A stretch of DNA of 64,000 bases from a virus. Taxonomy: Duplodnaviria > Caudoviricetes. A program made the position numbers and the translations under genes. How positions within the stretch are numbered: the first letter of the stretch is position 1; each line of letters starts with the position of its first letter. This document shows positions 47,997 through 58,480 of this stretch, one piece after another. The DNA lies in IMG/VR virus record IMGVR_UViG_3300013121_000022, positions 32,001 through 96,000 of that record; one strand, 5' to 3'. The notes below the pieces were generated by a model, which made no database searches, was not told the DNA's origin, and saw only the letters and a list, made by a program, of their open reading frames with translations.

Positions 47997-48756
47997 ACCA
48001 AAAACTAATCAACCTCAAACACCAGACTCGATTCAAGTTCGCGACGATTTTCAGACGCCACTATATGCAATCACAGATGTACTCGTTCCGTTCTTGGGTT
48101 CTGTTCTGGACATGTCTCGTTCGACTAATCCATCTGAGTACGACATATGGGATGGTTGTGCTGGAAAACTTAGGCAATACCCAAAAGCATTTGCGCGAAG
48201 TGGCTACACCTGTAAGGCGACGGATTTACTTGATGGAGAGCAATACAACTTTCTAACCTATCAGCCGGACTTTGATTGGAAAATGTTTGCAAGCAATGTT
48301 CCGTTCAGCATCAAGGATTTGTTTGTCCAGAGGCTGATCAAGTATTTTGACAAGCCCTTTGGAGTTTTGATTCCAGCTGATTGGTCAAGTTGGATAATCG
48401 AGTCAATCAACGACTATGATTGTCAGTTGATTGTTCCCAATCGACGCATCAGTTACATCACGCCCAACATGTGCGATGTGGTTTTTAGAAACGAAACTCT
48501 CAAGAATTTTCTCAAGGCGCATCCTGAACTCAAAAAGCAAACGCCCAAAATCAAGTTCGCAGACCTAAGTGAAAGCGACATTCAAGCACACGCTGGAACT
48601 TTGTATCCAAACATTGAATCAATTCCCAATCCAGTTTTGTACGCCAATTCGCAAGCACAATTTCACTCAATGTACTTGACTCGAAAATTGAACTTGCCAG
48701 AACGACTAAACTTTGTCAATCTAAGCCTTGAAAGCATGAAGACCAATATTTTGTAG
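47986..48756 (+). CDS. Phage N6-adenine DNA methyltransferase-like protein
   Basis: DDFQTP, IWDGCAG, NVPFS (NPPF variant), RISY. Confidence 0.6.
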   Translation: MPSKPKTNQPQTPDSIQVRDDFQTPLYAITDVLVPFLGSVLDMSRSTNPSEYDIWDGCAGKLRQYPKAFARSGYTCKATDLLDGEQYNFLTYQPDFDWKMFASNVPFSIKDLFVQRLIKYFDKPFGVLIPADWSSWIIESINDYDCQLIVPNRRISYITPNMCDVVFRNETLKNFLKAHPELKKQTPKIKFADLSESDIQAHAGTLYPNIESIPNPVLYANSQAQFHSMYLTRKLNLPERLNFVNLSLESMKTNIL

Positions 48757-48764
48757 AGGTACAT

Positions 48765-49028
48765 ATGTCAAAAAAGAGTACAGATCAAACAACTTTATTC
48801 GATGAAACTCCTGAATGGCAGAAAGAGTGGCAAGGTATGCCTGAGTTTGTACAAGAGAAGAAAAAGGCATACGCTCAGATTATCGTCCGATTCGATTCGG
48901 AGGAATCGTTGCAAGAGTTTGCCAAACTGATCGATCAAAAACTGACTCGAAAAACCAAAAGCATCTGGCATCCGGCCAAGTCACATTGGGGCGGAGAAAA
49001 TACCAAGAAAGTATATGTCAAATCCTAA
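48765..49028 (+). CDS. Small partner protein of the TAGT-like glycosyltransferase
   Basis: EWQGMPEF..IIVRF..FAKLI.Q..T.KTKSIW; coupled to the next gene. Confidence 0.55.
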   Translation: MSKKSTDQTTLFDETPEWQKEWQGMPEFVQEKKKAYAQIIVRFDSEESLQEFAKLIDQKLTRKTKSIWHPAKSHWGGENTKKVYVKS

Positions 49029-49866
49029 ATATCCAGTGTACATTATCTCGAAAGGTCGCTGGTCAACCCGCTTGACCAGTAAAGCCCTTGAAAAGATGAA
49101 TGTGCCATATCAGATTGTTGTCGAACCACAGGAATTTGACAACTACGCTGAACATATCAACGCAAGTAAAATTTTGGTCTTGCCATTCTCAAATCTTGGA
49201 GAGGGTTCAATTCCCGCTCGTAATTTTGTGTGGGAACATTCTCGACAGATCGGCGCAGATCGACATTGGATTTTGGACGACAACATCGAAGCTTTCAATC
49301 GACTGAATCGCAACATGAAGCCCGAAGTCAGGACGGGAGCGATCTTCAAGGCCGCAGAAGATTTCGTGGATCGATACTATAATGTGGCGCTGGCTGGATT
49401 CAACTACTATTCATTTTGCAAGACTACTGATCGAGTTCCACCGTATTATTTGAATACGCGCATCTACTCCTGTATTCTGATCAAGAACGACTTACCCTAT
49501 CGTTGGAGAGGCATATACAACGAAGATACCGATCTTTCTATTCGGGTACTGAAATTGGGTTTGTGTACCGTCCTGTTCAATGCCTTCCTTGCCGGAAAAG
49601 TAACCACCATGCGAATGAAAGGCGGAAACACCAAAGAATTGTACTCGGACGAAGATGGACGCAAAAAAATGGCCGAGTCATTGCGCGAACAACACCCTGA
49701 TGTAGTCAAGGTGGTTTGGAAGTTCAATCGCTGGCAACATCATGTTGACTATCGGCCATTCAAAAAGAACCGATTGATCCGCAAACATGGAATTGAAATT
49801 CCAAGCGGCATCAATAACTATGAAATGATCTTGAAGGAAAAGAATGAATCCCAACAAACAATGTAA
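49015..49866 (+). CDS. TET-associated/GREB1-like DNA glycosyltransferase
   Basis: YPVYIISKGR, ARN, HWILDDNI, YSCIL, YNEDTDLS, GGNT. Confidence 0.75.
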   Translation: MSNPKYPVYIISKGRWSTRLTSKALEKMNVPYQIVVEPQEFDNYAEHINASKILVLPFSNLGEGSIPARNFVWEHSRQIGADRHWILDDNIEAFNRLNRNMKPEVRTGAIFKAAEDFVDRYYNVALAGFNYYSFCKTTDRVPPYYLNTRIYSCILIKNDLPYRWRGIYNEDTDLSIRVLKLGLCTVLFNAFLAGKVTTMRMKGGNTKELYSDEDGRKKMAESLREQHPDVVKVVWKFNRWQHHVDYRPFKKNRLIRKHGIEIPSGINNYEMILKEKNESQQTM

Positions 49867-50041
49867 AGGCAAAAAGAAATACAAAAGTTTGTCGGACGCA
49901 GAACACGCGGCTTATATGTTATGGCTACATAATCACAATATCAAAACGGGAGATGTACATGGGTATCAATGTCCAGAATGCAAAAAATACCATGTAGGTC
50001 ATGTTCCGGGCTTATACACCAAACAACTACAGGAGAAATAA
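49844..50041 (+). CDS. Small zinc-ribbon protein
   Basis: C.GKKKY..Y.CPECKKYH. Confidence 0.5.
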   Translation: MNPNKQCKGKKKYKSLSDAEHAAYMLWLHNHNIKTGDVHGYQCPECKKYHVGHVPGLYTKQLQEK

Positions 50042-50868
50042 TGGAACAAGTATTGTGCGGGGACTGCCTTGATATTTTACCGTCCATCCCTAGTCAAAGT
50101 GTCGATCTTATTATCACATCCCCACCGTATGCCGAAAGTCGGAAAGACTCGTATGGAGGAATTTCGGCCAAAAAATACGTTGAGTGGTTTTTGCCAATTG
50201 CCAACGAACTCAAAAGAGTTCTTCATCCCAAAGGTAGTTTTTTTCTAAATATCAAACCGCACACCGAGCGCGGCGAAAGATCGATGTATGTCATGGATTT
50301 AATTTTGGCCTTGAAACGAACTACTGGTTTTCGCTTCATCGATGAATATTGCTGGACAAAAAACCCATTTCCTAATGGGGCGCATGGCAGATTCAAGAAT
50401 GGATTTGAGCCTGTGTATCATTTTACAGTGTCGCATCTGAGCAAAATCAACTTCAATCCGTTGGCTTGCGGAACTCCAGTCAAAACATCTAGTGCTCAAC
50501 GGGTTACTCGGAAGCAGGGCGGTAGTCCAGTGAACGGAAGTAAACTAAGTGCAATTCGGCACAGCAATATGAAAAAAATTTCAGTTGCCAGACCATCAAA
50601 TGTTATCCATGCCAACAACGTAAGCAATCAATTTACCGACACAAAAGATCATCCCGCTCCATTTCCAGAAAAGCTGGTCGAGTTTTTTGTTAGATCGTTT
50701 AGTAATGCCGGAATGACGGTGCTCGATCCATTTGCCGGAAGTGGAACGGTTGGCGCTGTATGTCAACGATATAATAGGCAATTCATTTTGATTGAAAAAA
50801 AGCAGGCATATTTAGACATTATTCACCAAAGACTTGAAACCAGCGATCAAATGCTGTTAGAGATATAA
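50041..50868 (+). CDS. N4-cytosine/N6-adenine DNA methyltransferase
   Basis: TSPPY, HPAPFP, DPFAGSGT. Confidence 0.9.
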   Translation: MEQVLCGDCLDILPSIPSQSVDLIITSPPYAESRKDSYGGISAKKYVEWFLPIANELKRVLHPKGSFFLNIKPHTERGERSMYVMDLILALKRTTGFRFIDEYCWTKNPFPNGAHGRFKNGFEPVYHFTVSHLSKINFNPLACGTPVKTSSAQRVTRKQGGSPVNGSKLSAIRHSNMKKISVARPSNVIHANNVSNQFTDTKDHPAPFPEKLVEFFVRSFSNAGMTVLDPFAGSGTVGAVCQRYNRQFILIEKKQAYLDIIHQRLETSDQMLLEI

Positions 50869-50875
50869 TAGTCGG

Positions 50876-51160
50876 ATGGACGAAAATACGGTAGCTTTTG
50901 ACTTGTGGAAACGCCTTAAGCGCGAACTTAAGATTGAAACCACTGCCGAGCAAGATGAGGCAGTGGTAATTGATATTGCAACCGCACTTGCCAAAGTATC
51001 CGGTTCAGATGTCTTGTCCCATACAACCGTGTATAATCCCATAAAAGTTTCGCAACAACTTTCTTCTCTGGCAACTCAAGTGGAAAATAAAACGCTGTCC
51101 ACTAAACGAGTTATAACCCGACTGAGAGCCATTGCCGAAAAAATAAAATCCATGCCCTAA
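50876..51160 (+). CDS. Hypothetical protein
   Basis: ORF in the + strand operon. Confidence 0.5.
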   Translation: MDENTVAFDLWKRLKRELKIETTAEQDEAVVIDIATALAKVSGSDVLSHTTVYNPIKVSQQLSSLATQVENKTLSTKRVITRLRAIAEKIKSMP

Positions 51161-51180
51161 TCGGCGCAGATCGGAATATC

Positions 51181-52641
51181 ATGAACGTTTCAGTAGTGAT
51201 TACAACCTTCAATCGCAGTAGGCAACTCCATCGATCTCTGTGGAGTATCCTATCTTATGCAAGTCGCAAGCCCCAAGAGATCATTGTCGTAGATGACATG
51301 TCCACCGACAACACCGCAGAAACCGTTAGAGGTTATGCTGATTTATTTCCCGAAGTTCAAATCTCTTATATTCCATATCGCAGACCCAATGTAGGTTGGT
51401 CAAATCCAGCGATACCGCGCAACATGGGTATTCGCTTTACAAATCCCAATCATGAATTGATCGTGTTTTCCGAACCCGAAATGTTATGGACACAGGATGT
51501 TCTGAAAACATTTTGCGAATGGTTTGAAAATCCTCCCGCTACACTTCCTAAAGACCCCTACAAAGACTGGATTCCGCCAGAACCCATTCATGATCGATTC
51601 TTTTTGACTGCCTCTCATGTCGCGTACTGTCCAGACGATCAAGCACTTGGCAACAACGATGGACGTGATCCTATGTCAGTATTCGGGCATCATACCGTCG
51701 ATAGACGCTGGCCTGAAATAAACACGCGTGTTGCGGCAGTTCTTAGAAAAGACGTGTTCAATGTGCGTGGTTGGGATGAGCGATTTCAAGGATGGGGTTA
51801 TGACGATACAGATTTCATGAATCGACTTCAAATGTCGGGATGTAAGCACATTCCGTTGATGATTCCAGTCATTCATACCCATCATGAATATCCACCTGCT
51901 ACTGGATCGACAGCGCAACACAATCTTGAACTTATGCAAGAATCACATCGCAACGGAATTATTGCTCCGAATGGCGATGATTGGGGCGGAAAAGTTAAGC
52001 GTGAAAAATTCGGAACAGAAATCAGCCACGATCTTTGGAATCAAATTCAGAGTGAAGAACTAGCATCGTGGACAGATAAGGCATGGCCGAGTCGATCTGG
52101 CAAATTATTGCGCGAAAGAAAATACCTGACTCAAGCGGCAATTGATCTGGACTTGGACAATTTAGTTGATCCATCCATCGATGGTGTTGCCGTTGATTTT
52201 GGGTGTGGGCCATTGTCAATTCTGGAAGTCGTCAACAATAATCTTCAAAAAATTGCTATCGATCCTCTGCATGAAGGATATGAAGCGATTCGCAATTGGG
52301 AACATGAATCGGTAACGTATATGTATGGTCGGGGAGAGGATTATAAGTCTAAACTCCCTATTCGTCTTATCACTTCTATCAACGGCATCGATCACTACGA
52401 GAATCCATACAAGACACTTGTCAACATGGTTTCTCTGTTAACTAAGGGCGGATTCATTGCTTTGCATTACTGCATTAATAATGCCAGTGAAGGACATCCG
52501 CATCCGGCGCATCGCATCGATCTGGACTCGGAAACCATGCTTGCATGGGGCAAAGAACTTGGATTGACTGTTGTATCGGCCAAAGAAGTTCCTTATGGCT
52601 GGCGTCATCAATTGTCGGCGGCAATTGTATTTCAAAAATAG
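51181..52641 (+). CDS. GT2 glycosyltransferase fused to a SAM methyltransferase
   Basis: VSVVITTFNR, VVDDMS, GWDERFQGWGYDD; C-terminal VDFGCG..IDP..NGIDH. Confidence 0.85.
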   Translation: MNVSVVITTFNRSRQLHRSLWSILSYASRKPQEIIVVDDMSTDNTAETVRGYADLFPEVQISYIPYRRPNVGWSNPAIPRNMGIRFTNPNHELIVFSEPEMLWTQDVLKTFCEWFENPPATLPKDPYKDWIPPEPIHDRFFLTASHVAYCPDDQALGNNDGRDPMSVFGHHTVDRRWPEINTRVAAVLRKDVFNVRGWDERFQGWGYDDTDFMNRLQMSGCKHIPLMIPVIHTHHEYPPATGSTAQHNLELMQESHRNGIIAPNGDDWGGKVKREKFGTEISHDLWNQIQSEELASWTDKAWPSRSGKLLRERKYLTQAAIDLDLDNLVDPSIDGVAVDFGCGPLSILEVVNNNLQKIAIDPLHEGYEAIRNWEHESVTYMYGRGEDYKSKLPIRLITSINGIDHYENPYKTLVNMVSLLTKGGFIALHYCINNASEGHPHPAHRIDLDSETMLAWGKELGLTVVSAKEVPYGWRHQLSAAIVFQK

Positions 52642-53007
52642 AAAGTGAACCGAAATGATAAAAATAGAACTTGTCTGCGACGAGTGTTTATCCACCATTA
52701 CGTCTGGAGTTTTCGTTCAGACTGGCACAGGCCGAGCTTGGATTGATGGTATAGATAACAACTCGCAGGAAGTAGAGTTATGCAATGTCTGTTTTTCCAA
52801 ACTTGATTAGTCACAGTGTAATTATCGTGGCGAATGGAAACCAGATGGCTTTAAGCGAGTATCATTCTATTACACACCCCGTCATGAATAGCAAAGATAG
52901 AACATCGCGATATAAACGAAAAAAACGTCTTCCTAAATACAAGCGGAGAGGACGCCGAACAATACCGCTTGATACCAAAAAAGTTTATCGAGTGAAAGAG
53001 GTTTTGA

Positions 53008-53484
53008 ATGACCTTGAATCAACTTAGGAACTATTTTTTGTATGTTGTGCGGCATAAATGGTTTGTGTTTCGACAAGGCCAAATGCTTGGTGCTCCGATT
53101 TGGAGATTGATCATTCATGATTGGTCGAAATTCTTGCCGGATGAATTTATAGCATATGCAAAGTGCTTTAACTCGCCACAGGGCGAACCCCGCTATTTGC
53201 CTACTTATGAATTTGCCGTTGCTTGGAATAAACATATTAACCGCAATGATCATCATTATCAACATTGGGTTCTTGAATGGGATAGTGGAAAAATTGAACC
53301 CTTAAAAATCCCAATAGACTGTGTTCTGGAAATGATTGCTGATTGGTCTGGAGCAAATTTAGCTCGCGGCGGAGATGGCAACCCAAAAACATGGCTGGAA
53401 AAAAAAGTAAAGGATAACAGTTTGTCTATGAATCCCGAAACTCTACAAGCAGTGCGGGATATTATAGACTTGCACTGGAACTAA
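53008..53484 (+). CDS. HD-like phage protein (DUF5662-like)
   Basis: RH, HDWSKF, H..RNDHH, EMIADW. Confidence 0.7.
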   Translation: MTLNQLRNYFLYVVRHKWFVFRQGQMLGAPIWRLIIHDWSKFLPDEFIAYAKCFNSPQGEPRYLPTYEFAVAWNKHINRNDHHYQHWVLEWDSGKIEPLKIPIDCVLEMIADWSGANLARGGDGNPKTWLEKKVKDNSLSMNPETLQAVRDIIDLHWN

Positions 53485-53485
53485 C

Positions 53486-54472
53486 ATGAATATTGTTGTA
53501 ACGGGCGGTTTAGGTTTTATTGGATCAAACTTAGTAAAGTCGTTCAAAGCAAGTCGTCACAATCAGATCGTGGTATTTGATAGTTTGAAGCGAGAAAATG
53601 TAGAGCGCAATTTCTCGGTAATTGAGAGTCCCAACGTCACAGTAGTTCGTGGCGATGTTCGTTTGAGATACGATTTTCAGTCGATACCATTTAGGCCGGA
53701 TGTCATTTTGCATTATGCTGGCAACGCTGGAATTCCCTGGTCGCTTGAAAATCCAGAATCTGACTTTGAAGAAAATGTAGTCGGGACATTCAATGTTCTG
53801 CAATATGCTCGACAGTTTCCAGATGTTCAAGTAATCATGGCTAGTACAAACCGAGTGTATGCTACCAATACGGGACATCCTTTGACGAGCGACGCCAAGA
53901 AGTTTATTCCCGCAAGCAGATTTGAATTTGGTATTGACGAAAACTATAGTAGTTTCGGGCAACTTTCTCCGTATGGCGCAAGCAAAAAATCCGCCGATCA
54001 ACTGTGTCAAGAATGGTTTTATTCGTTTGGCGTAAATGTTGTTATTAATCGCATGGGTGTTATTTACGGTGAGGGACAATGGGGCGCAACCGAACAAGGC
54101 TGGTTGGGATATTTTTGTAGAATGAAAACCCAAAATCAACCAATTACTATTTTTGGTAATGGTAAGCAGGTGCGCGATCCTTTGTACATCAGCGATTTAG
54201 TTCGACTGGTTCATAGACAAGTGGATAGCGGATCGTATGCGGCAGGGGAAGTCTTCAATGTCGGCGGAGGTATTTCCAATGCTGTATCTCTCAACGAAGT
54301 GGTTGATTATTTAGGTGTTGTTCCAACATACGACGAAATTCGTCCAGCTGATATGTTATGGTATGTAAGCGACATTCGGAAAGTTCAAAAACTTTTCCAG
54401 TGGAGTCCGGCAACGAATATATGGGATGGTATTGACTTGACTTTGGAATGGCTCAAACATGAAATATCGTGA
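53486..54472 (+). CDS. NAD-dependent nucleotide-sugar epimerase/dehydratase
   Basis: TGGLGFIG, YGASK, GKQVRD. Confidence 0.92.
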   Translation: MNIVVTGGLGFIGSNLVKSFKASRHNQIVVFDSLKRENVERNFSVIESPNVTVVRGDVRLRYDFQSIPFRPDVILHYAGNAGIPWSLENPESDFEENVVGTFNVLQYARQFPDVQVIMASTNRVYATNTGHPLTSDAKKFIPASRFEFGIDENYSSFGQLSPYGASKKSADQLCQEWFYSFGVNVVINRMGVIYGEGQWGATEQGWLGYFCRMKTQNQPITIFGNGKQVRDPLYISDLVRLVHRQVDSGSYAAGEVFNVGGGISNAVSLNEVVDYLGVVPTYDEIRPADMLWYVSDIRKVQKLFQWSPATNIWDGIDLTLEWLKHEIS

Positions 54473-54962
54473 ACTCTGGCAACATAGTTTCGATAGATGG
54501 TCACAAGCTACTCGCGAAAAGGCAGTCAGTCAATGGGCGGCAGATTGTCGCGCCGACGATCCGAAATTCAGTGCACGCATGTTGTTTTTGAAAAACATCC
54601 TAAACATAAAGGGTGATAGATATTCTGATGGTGGATTGTTGTTGATAAGCCCTACTACAGACAAAATCATAGTGGCCGGAAATTGGTTTATTCAAAATGA
54701 TGCAATGCATCTTCAACGCCTCTGTGTTTCTCCCGAAATTTTCAACTCTGGAGTAAAGGGGTGGGGAACAATATTCATGCGGCGGATAGGAAGTTACGTT
54801 CTAACCAAAGCAGGTATCAAGGAAGGAATGTATGTTCAGGCGTTTCAGGATAATTTTAGATTTTATCTGTCGTTGGGATTTTTCATAGACTACCAACAAG
54901 ACAATATGGTGTTTATGTATTGGGATCGAAAAGCTATCGAAAAGTTTTTGAAGCGAAAATGA
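54459..54962 (+). CDS. GNAT acetyltransferase (untagged relative of the cargo GNATs)
   Basis: LCVSP..GVKGWG..MR..FYLSLGF..YWD..IEKFL. Confidence 0.65.
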   Translation: MKYRELWQHSFDRWSQATREKAVSQWAADCRADDPKFSARMLFLKNILNIKGDRYSDGGLLLISPTTDKIIVAGNWFIQNDAMHLQRLCVSPEIFNSGVKGWGTIFMRRIGSYVLTKAGIKEGMYVQAFQDNFRFYLSLGFFIDYQQDNMVFMYWDRKAIEKFLKRK

Positions 54963-55076
54963 TAGTGTGCTATGATCTGCCTAACAAGGTCAGTCCATTT
55001 TCTTGTTTGACCTTCCCCTCTTTCTCTTTCTCTCTCTTGAATGGGCTGACCTTGCAACCTATTACGCGAAAGTCTC

Positions 55077-56201
55077 GTGATGAATTACGAAATAGTCAAC
55101 GATAACATCTACAATTGGATAAAAACATACTCAGGCGCAAAATTTCATGCGCTTTTTTCTGATCCTCCATACGAAATGAAATTTATGGGAAATCTATGGG
55201 ACGGAACGGGAGTTTCATTCGATCCAGAGATGTGGGCGGGACTATTGAATCATCTACACGATGGTGCTTTTGGACTGGTGTATGGTGGTTCGCGCAGCTA
55301 TCACCGTTTGGCGGCGGCTATTGAAGACGCCGGAGCAATCATTCATCCGTCTATTTTTTTATGGGCTAGAGGTCAGGGAATGCCTCATGCTGTGCCAGTC
55401 AAAAACGAAAAGATTTTCAAAAACCATCGTTATGGCAGGCAGGTGATGAAACCCAATGTTGAACCTGTTGTATTGTTTCAAAAGCCATACAACGAAGATT
55501 ACACTCTAGTAGAAAACATAAAATTGACAGGCGCAGGAACTCTCAATATCGATAATCCGTTTGGTGGCTGGCCGGGTAATTTTATGATGGTTCATAACCC
55601 CGACTGTGAGATTGTTGGTAAAACAAACCGCACTTATGTTTTGAATCGCTGGTCGGAAGGGGCAAGGCCATTTGGTGGAGCGGCAGGCCAAAAATTCCAC
55701 TCTGTGCCAGTTCAACGCGTAGTTGACATCTGGCGATGTTCGGATGGATGTCCGGTTGCCAATATTGGAAGTCAACATGCGGGTGCTGAACAATACTTTG
55801 AGGCGTTTGATTGGGCATATGAACAATTTGAGGGTGATAAAGTCGTTTATGCTTCTAAGCCCAATAAAAAAGAACGCGATTCTGGACTTGAGGATTCTGC
55901 TAATACAGTCAATGCATTTGGTGTTGCTGAATGGGCTTATGGTGAAAAGAGAAAGACAAAGAGAAAAAACTTTCACGCCACAGTCAAGCCGATCAGCGCA
56001 GATCGGCGGTTCGCCTATCTGTTACTTCCCCCCAAAGAATATACTCCCCGTAGGATTTTGAATCCTTTCAGCGGCAGTGGTAGCGAGATGATTGGATCGT
56101 TCTTGGCCGGATGGGATGAATGTGTGGGAATTGAAAACGAATCTCCATATGTCGAGATCGCGCAGGCGCGACTCAAGCATTGGGTAGAAAGTGGAATTTA
56201 G
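55077..56201 (+). CDS. N6-adenine/N4-cytosine DNA methyltransferase
   Basis: SDPPY, HATVKP, NPFSGSGS. Confidence 0.85.
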   Translation: MMNYEIVNDNIYNWIKTYSGAKFHALFSDPPYEMKFMGNLWDGTGVSFDPEMWAGLLNHLHDGAFGLVYGGSRSYHRLAAAIEDAGAIIHPSIFLWARGQGMPHAVPVKNEKIFKNHRYGRQVMKPNVEPVVLFQKPYNEDYTLVENIKLTGAGTLNIDNPFGGWPGNFMMVHNPDCEIVGKTNRTYVLNRWSEGARPFGGAAGQKFHSVPVQRVVDIWRCSDGCPVANIGSQHAGAEQYFEAFDWAYEQFEGDKVVYASKPNKKERDSGLEDSANTVNAFGVAEWAYGEKRKTKRKNFHATVKPISADRRFAYLLLPPKEYTPRRILNPFSGSGSEMIGSFLAGWDECVGIENESPYVEIAQARLKHWVESGI

Positions 56202-56202
56202 T

Positions 56203-56934
56203 ATGCACGATCACTCGATTGTAGCCTTTGAAATTAGATCGCCGTTTCCGCCCAAGAAAAAAGGCGAATATCACGATTCGTGGTTCACGATTTGGCACGA
56301 CGATCCAGAAATAAATAACTACGAAGATTCATGCGGCTGGTCAACGCCACAGATGTCTGATGCGGACAAAAAAATCGTTGAATACATGATTGAGTGGGAT
56401 AAGGCGTTTCCGTATTACACTTCACCTTATTTAGATTCGATTTCCGTCATTGTCAATCACCAATACAAATTTAGGTCGTTACCCGCTGGAGAATGTCTAG
56501 CGTTGGTGTCTGCTGTTTGGTCTGAAATCGTATGGCAACGCGAACATCGCTCGATATTAACCAACCGCGAGATTTCGACTATCTTTTCTATTTCTAGTAG
56601 TCCAATCGACAATCTTCGATCCTCTTTGGTGCAAGGCCAAAGTCGAGAAGAAAGAATGCGTAATTTTATTGTATGCATTTTTAGGGCTTATCTACGTACA
56701 AATCGCAAATGGTATCAACATCCTAAATGGCATATTCATCATTGGCGAATCCAGTGGCATTGGTTGCAAAAACTGGACAGATTCTTGTTCCAGCGATGTG
56801 CGGTATGTGGAAAACGATTTACTAAATGGGGAACAGGAAATGTGTACGGGAGTTGGGATGGCAAAGAAATTTGGCATCCTGAATGTCAAGCCCAACGAGA
56901 GATTGATAATGCCAAGCGGATTGACTCATACTAG
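56203..56934 (+). CDS. Hypothetical protein (Trp/His-rich C-terminus, zinc ribbon)
   Basis: WYQHPKWHIHHW, CAVCG..HPEC. Confidence 0.55.
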   Translation: MHDHSIVAFEIRSPFPPKKKGEYHDSWFTIWHDDPEINNYEDSCGWSTPQMSDADKKIVEYMIEWDKAFPYYTSPYLDSISVIVNHQYKFRSLPAGECLALVSAVWSEIVWQREHRSILTNREISTIFSISSSPIDNLRSSLVQGQSREERMRNFIVCIFRAYLRTNRKWYQHPKWHIHHWRIQWHWLQKLDRFLFQRCAVCGKRFTKWGTGNVYGSWDGKEIWHPECQAQREIDNAKRIDSY

Positions 56935-57349
56935 AGTGTCGGTTATCGCAACGACAGCCTTGTTTCCCTCATTGGCATATGCCGGAGTATCGCCACTCAA
57001 TATTGTGCTGTGTTGCTTTGGGTGTCTGTGCGGAATTGTCATTAGTCCCGATCTGGATGTTGATGCGGGTTTTTATGGACTCTATATTTTGAGGCGTATT
57101 TTTGGGCGGACTTTTTCAATCATTTGGCAGTTTTATTGGATGCCTTACTCTAAGTTTGTGCCACACAGATCGTTTTGGTCGCATAGTATTTTTGGAACGG
57201 TGTTTCGACTGATATACCTGTTTGCGACTCCGGCGATTGTTTTATACTTAATGGGTTGGTCGTTTCCGCTCAATTGGGAACTTGGTTGGTGGTGCTTGGG
57301 CTTGTTTATCAGCGATCTGTGTCACATTACAATGGATCGATTATTATGA
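56909..57349 (+). CDS. DUF2227-like membrane metal-binding protein
   Basis: MPSG.TH, SPDLD, HRSFWSH, CHI..D. Confidence 0.75.
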   Translation: MPSGLTHTRVSVIATTALFPSLAYAGVSPLNIVLCCFGCLCGIVISPDLDVDAGFYGLYILRRIFGRTFSIIWQFYWMPYSKFVPHRSFWSHSIFGTVFRLIYLFATPAIVLYLMGWSFPLNWELGWWCLGLFISDLCHITMDRLL

Positions 57350-57672
57350 AATCCATTAAACAGCACTTACACATTGTGACTGATGGCGGAGTAAATTGTG
57401 AGCTAAACGAATCGACGCAGATTGAAAATGGCCTTTACGACTGTACGATTGAATTTAAGTACATTGGTCTAAGCTCGTTGGATATTTACGTTCATATGTT
57501 TGATATTTTTGTAATGCAAAAATTTTTTTCGTCTGATGATCGACAGAAATTCGTTGTGGATTTTAGATCATTTGTGTCTATGCAGAAAAACTACCGCATT
57601 AGACTTGTTTCTAACGATGCATCTGACATTGAAATATACTCAATTACTTTTGAAAGAAGGATTACCGAATGA
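57346..57672 (+). CDS. Hypothetical protein
   Basis: ATGA coupled at both ends. Confidence 0.45.
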   Translation: MKSIKQHLHIVTDGGVNCELNESTQIENGLYDCTIEFKYIGLSSLDIYVHMFDIFVMQKFFSSDDRQKFVVDFRSFVSMQKNYRIRLVSNDASDIEIYSITFERRITE

Positions 57673-58478
57673 CTGATTTTGCAACTTTAGTAGTGCTTTC
57701 GTATAGGCGTCCTGAAAGTACACGAGACTCTTTAGAATCGTTACTCAATAACACCTATGGAATACAGTACGAACTCATTGTGGTTGACGATGGATCGCGT
57801 GATCCGAACTGGCCGATGCTAATGCAATGTGCGCGGCGAGAAGAACTGTCCTCATTCATTTTGAATGCAGGCAAAAACATGGGAGTTGGACACGGCATTC
57901 GACGCGGCTTTGAAGTTGGTCGCGGAAAATGGCTGGTCAAATTGGATGCCGATCTCGAATATACACCCGGATGGCTAGATGCTGGTGTGGCAATTCTGGA
58001 AAACTTTCCAAAAGTTGGCGTGGTCGGGTTTTTCGACTATCGCAACTACAATCCAATTGACGAACGTTTTACCAAGAAGGAAGAACTCAAGATTGCTGGT
58101 CAGGTCGTTGGAGCAACAGTCACGGATTTTGTGGGTTCAGCCTTTATGATTCGTCGGGACGATTATTTGAAGTTGGGGGTTGAAGGTGTCGAGTGGAAAT
58201 TTGAAGATGGGAAGCTTGTCGCGACTGCAATGAGTGAATCTCCGAAGTGGCGCGGTTTTGACGAATTTTCTGAGGCATTCGCGGAAGATGTTATGTGGAA
58301 ACAACGTATGCAAGCACTTGGTTATGAATTGGCAATCACCGTTCCAGACATGATGCGAAATCATGGATTTGGACTAGGAAAGTCTACCGTTGTTGAAATG
58401 GACGAGAATAAACAACCGCGTGTTCATGCTATTCATACCGAACCATTGTTGTTTGGTCGTAAACGACAGGCAAAATAA
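57669..58478 (+). CDS. Glycosyltransferase family 2
   Basis: IVVDDGS, N.G, LDAD, ED. Confidence 0.85.
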   Translation: MTDFATLVVLSYRRPESTRDSLESLLNNTYGIQYELIVVDDGSRDPNWPMLMQCARREELSSFILNAGKNMGVGHGIRRGFEVGRGKWLVKLDADLEYTPGWLDAGVAILENFPKVGVVGFFDYRNYNPIDERFTKKEELKIAGQVVGATVTDFVGSAFMIRRDDYLKLGVEGVEWKFEDGKLVATAMSESPKWRGFDEFSEAFAEDVMWKQRMQALGYELAITVPDMMRNHGFGLGKSTVVEMDENKQPRVHAIHTEPLLFGRKRQAK

Positions 58479-58480
58479 GT

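Noticed and set aside
49200-49220. T-loop-like GGGTTCAATTCCC
   Set aside because: It lies inside the TAGT coding sequence with no other tRNA arms.
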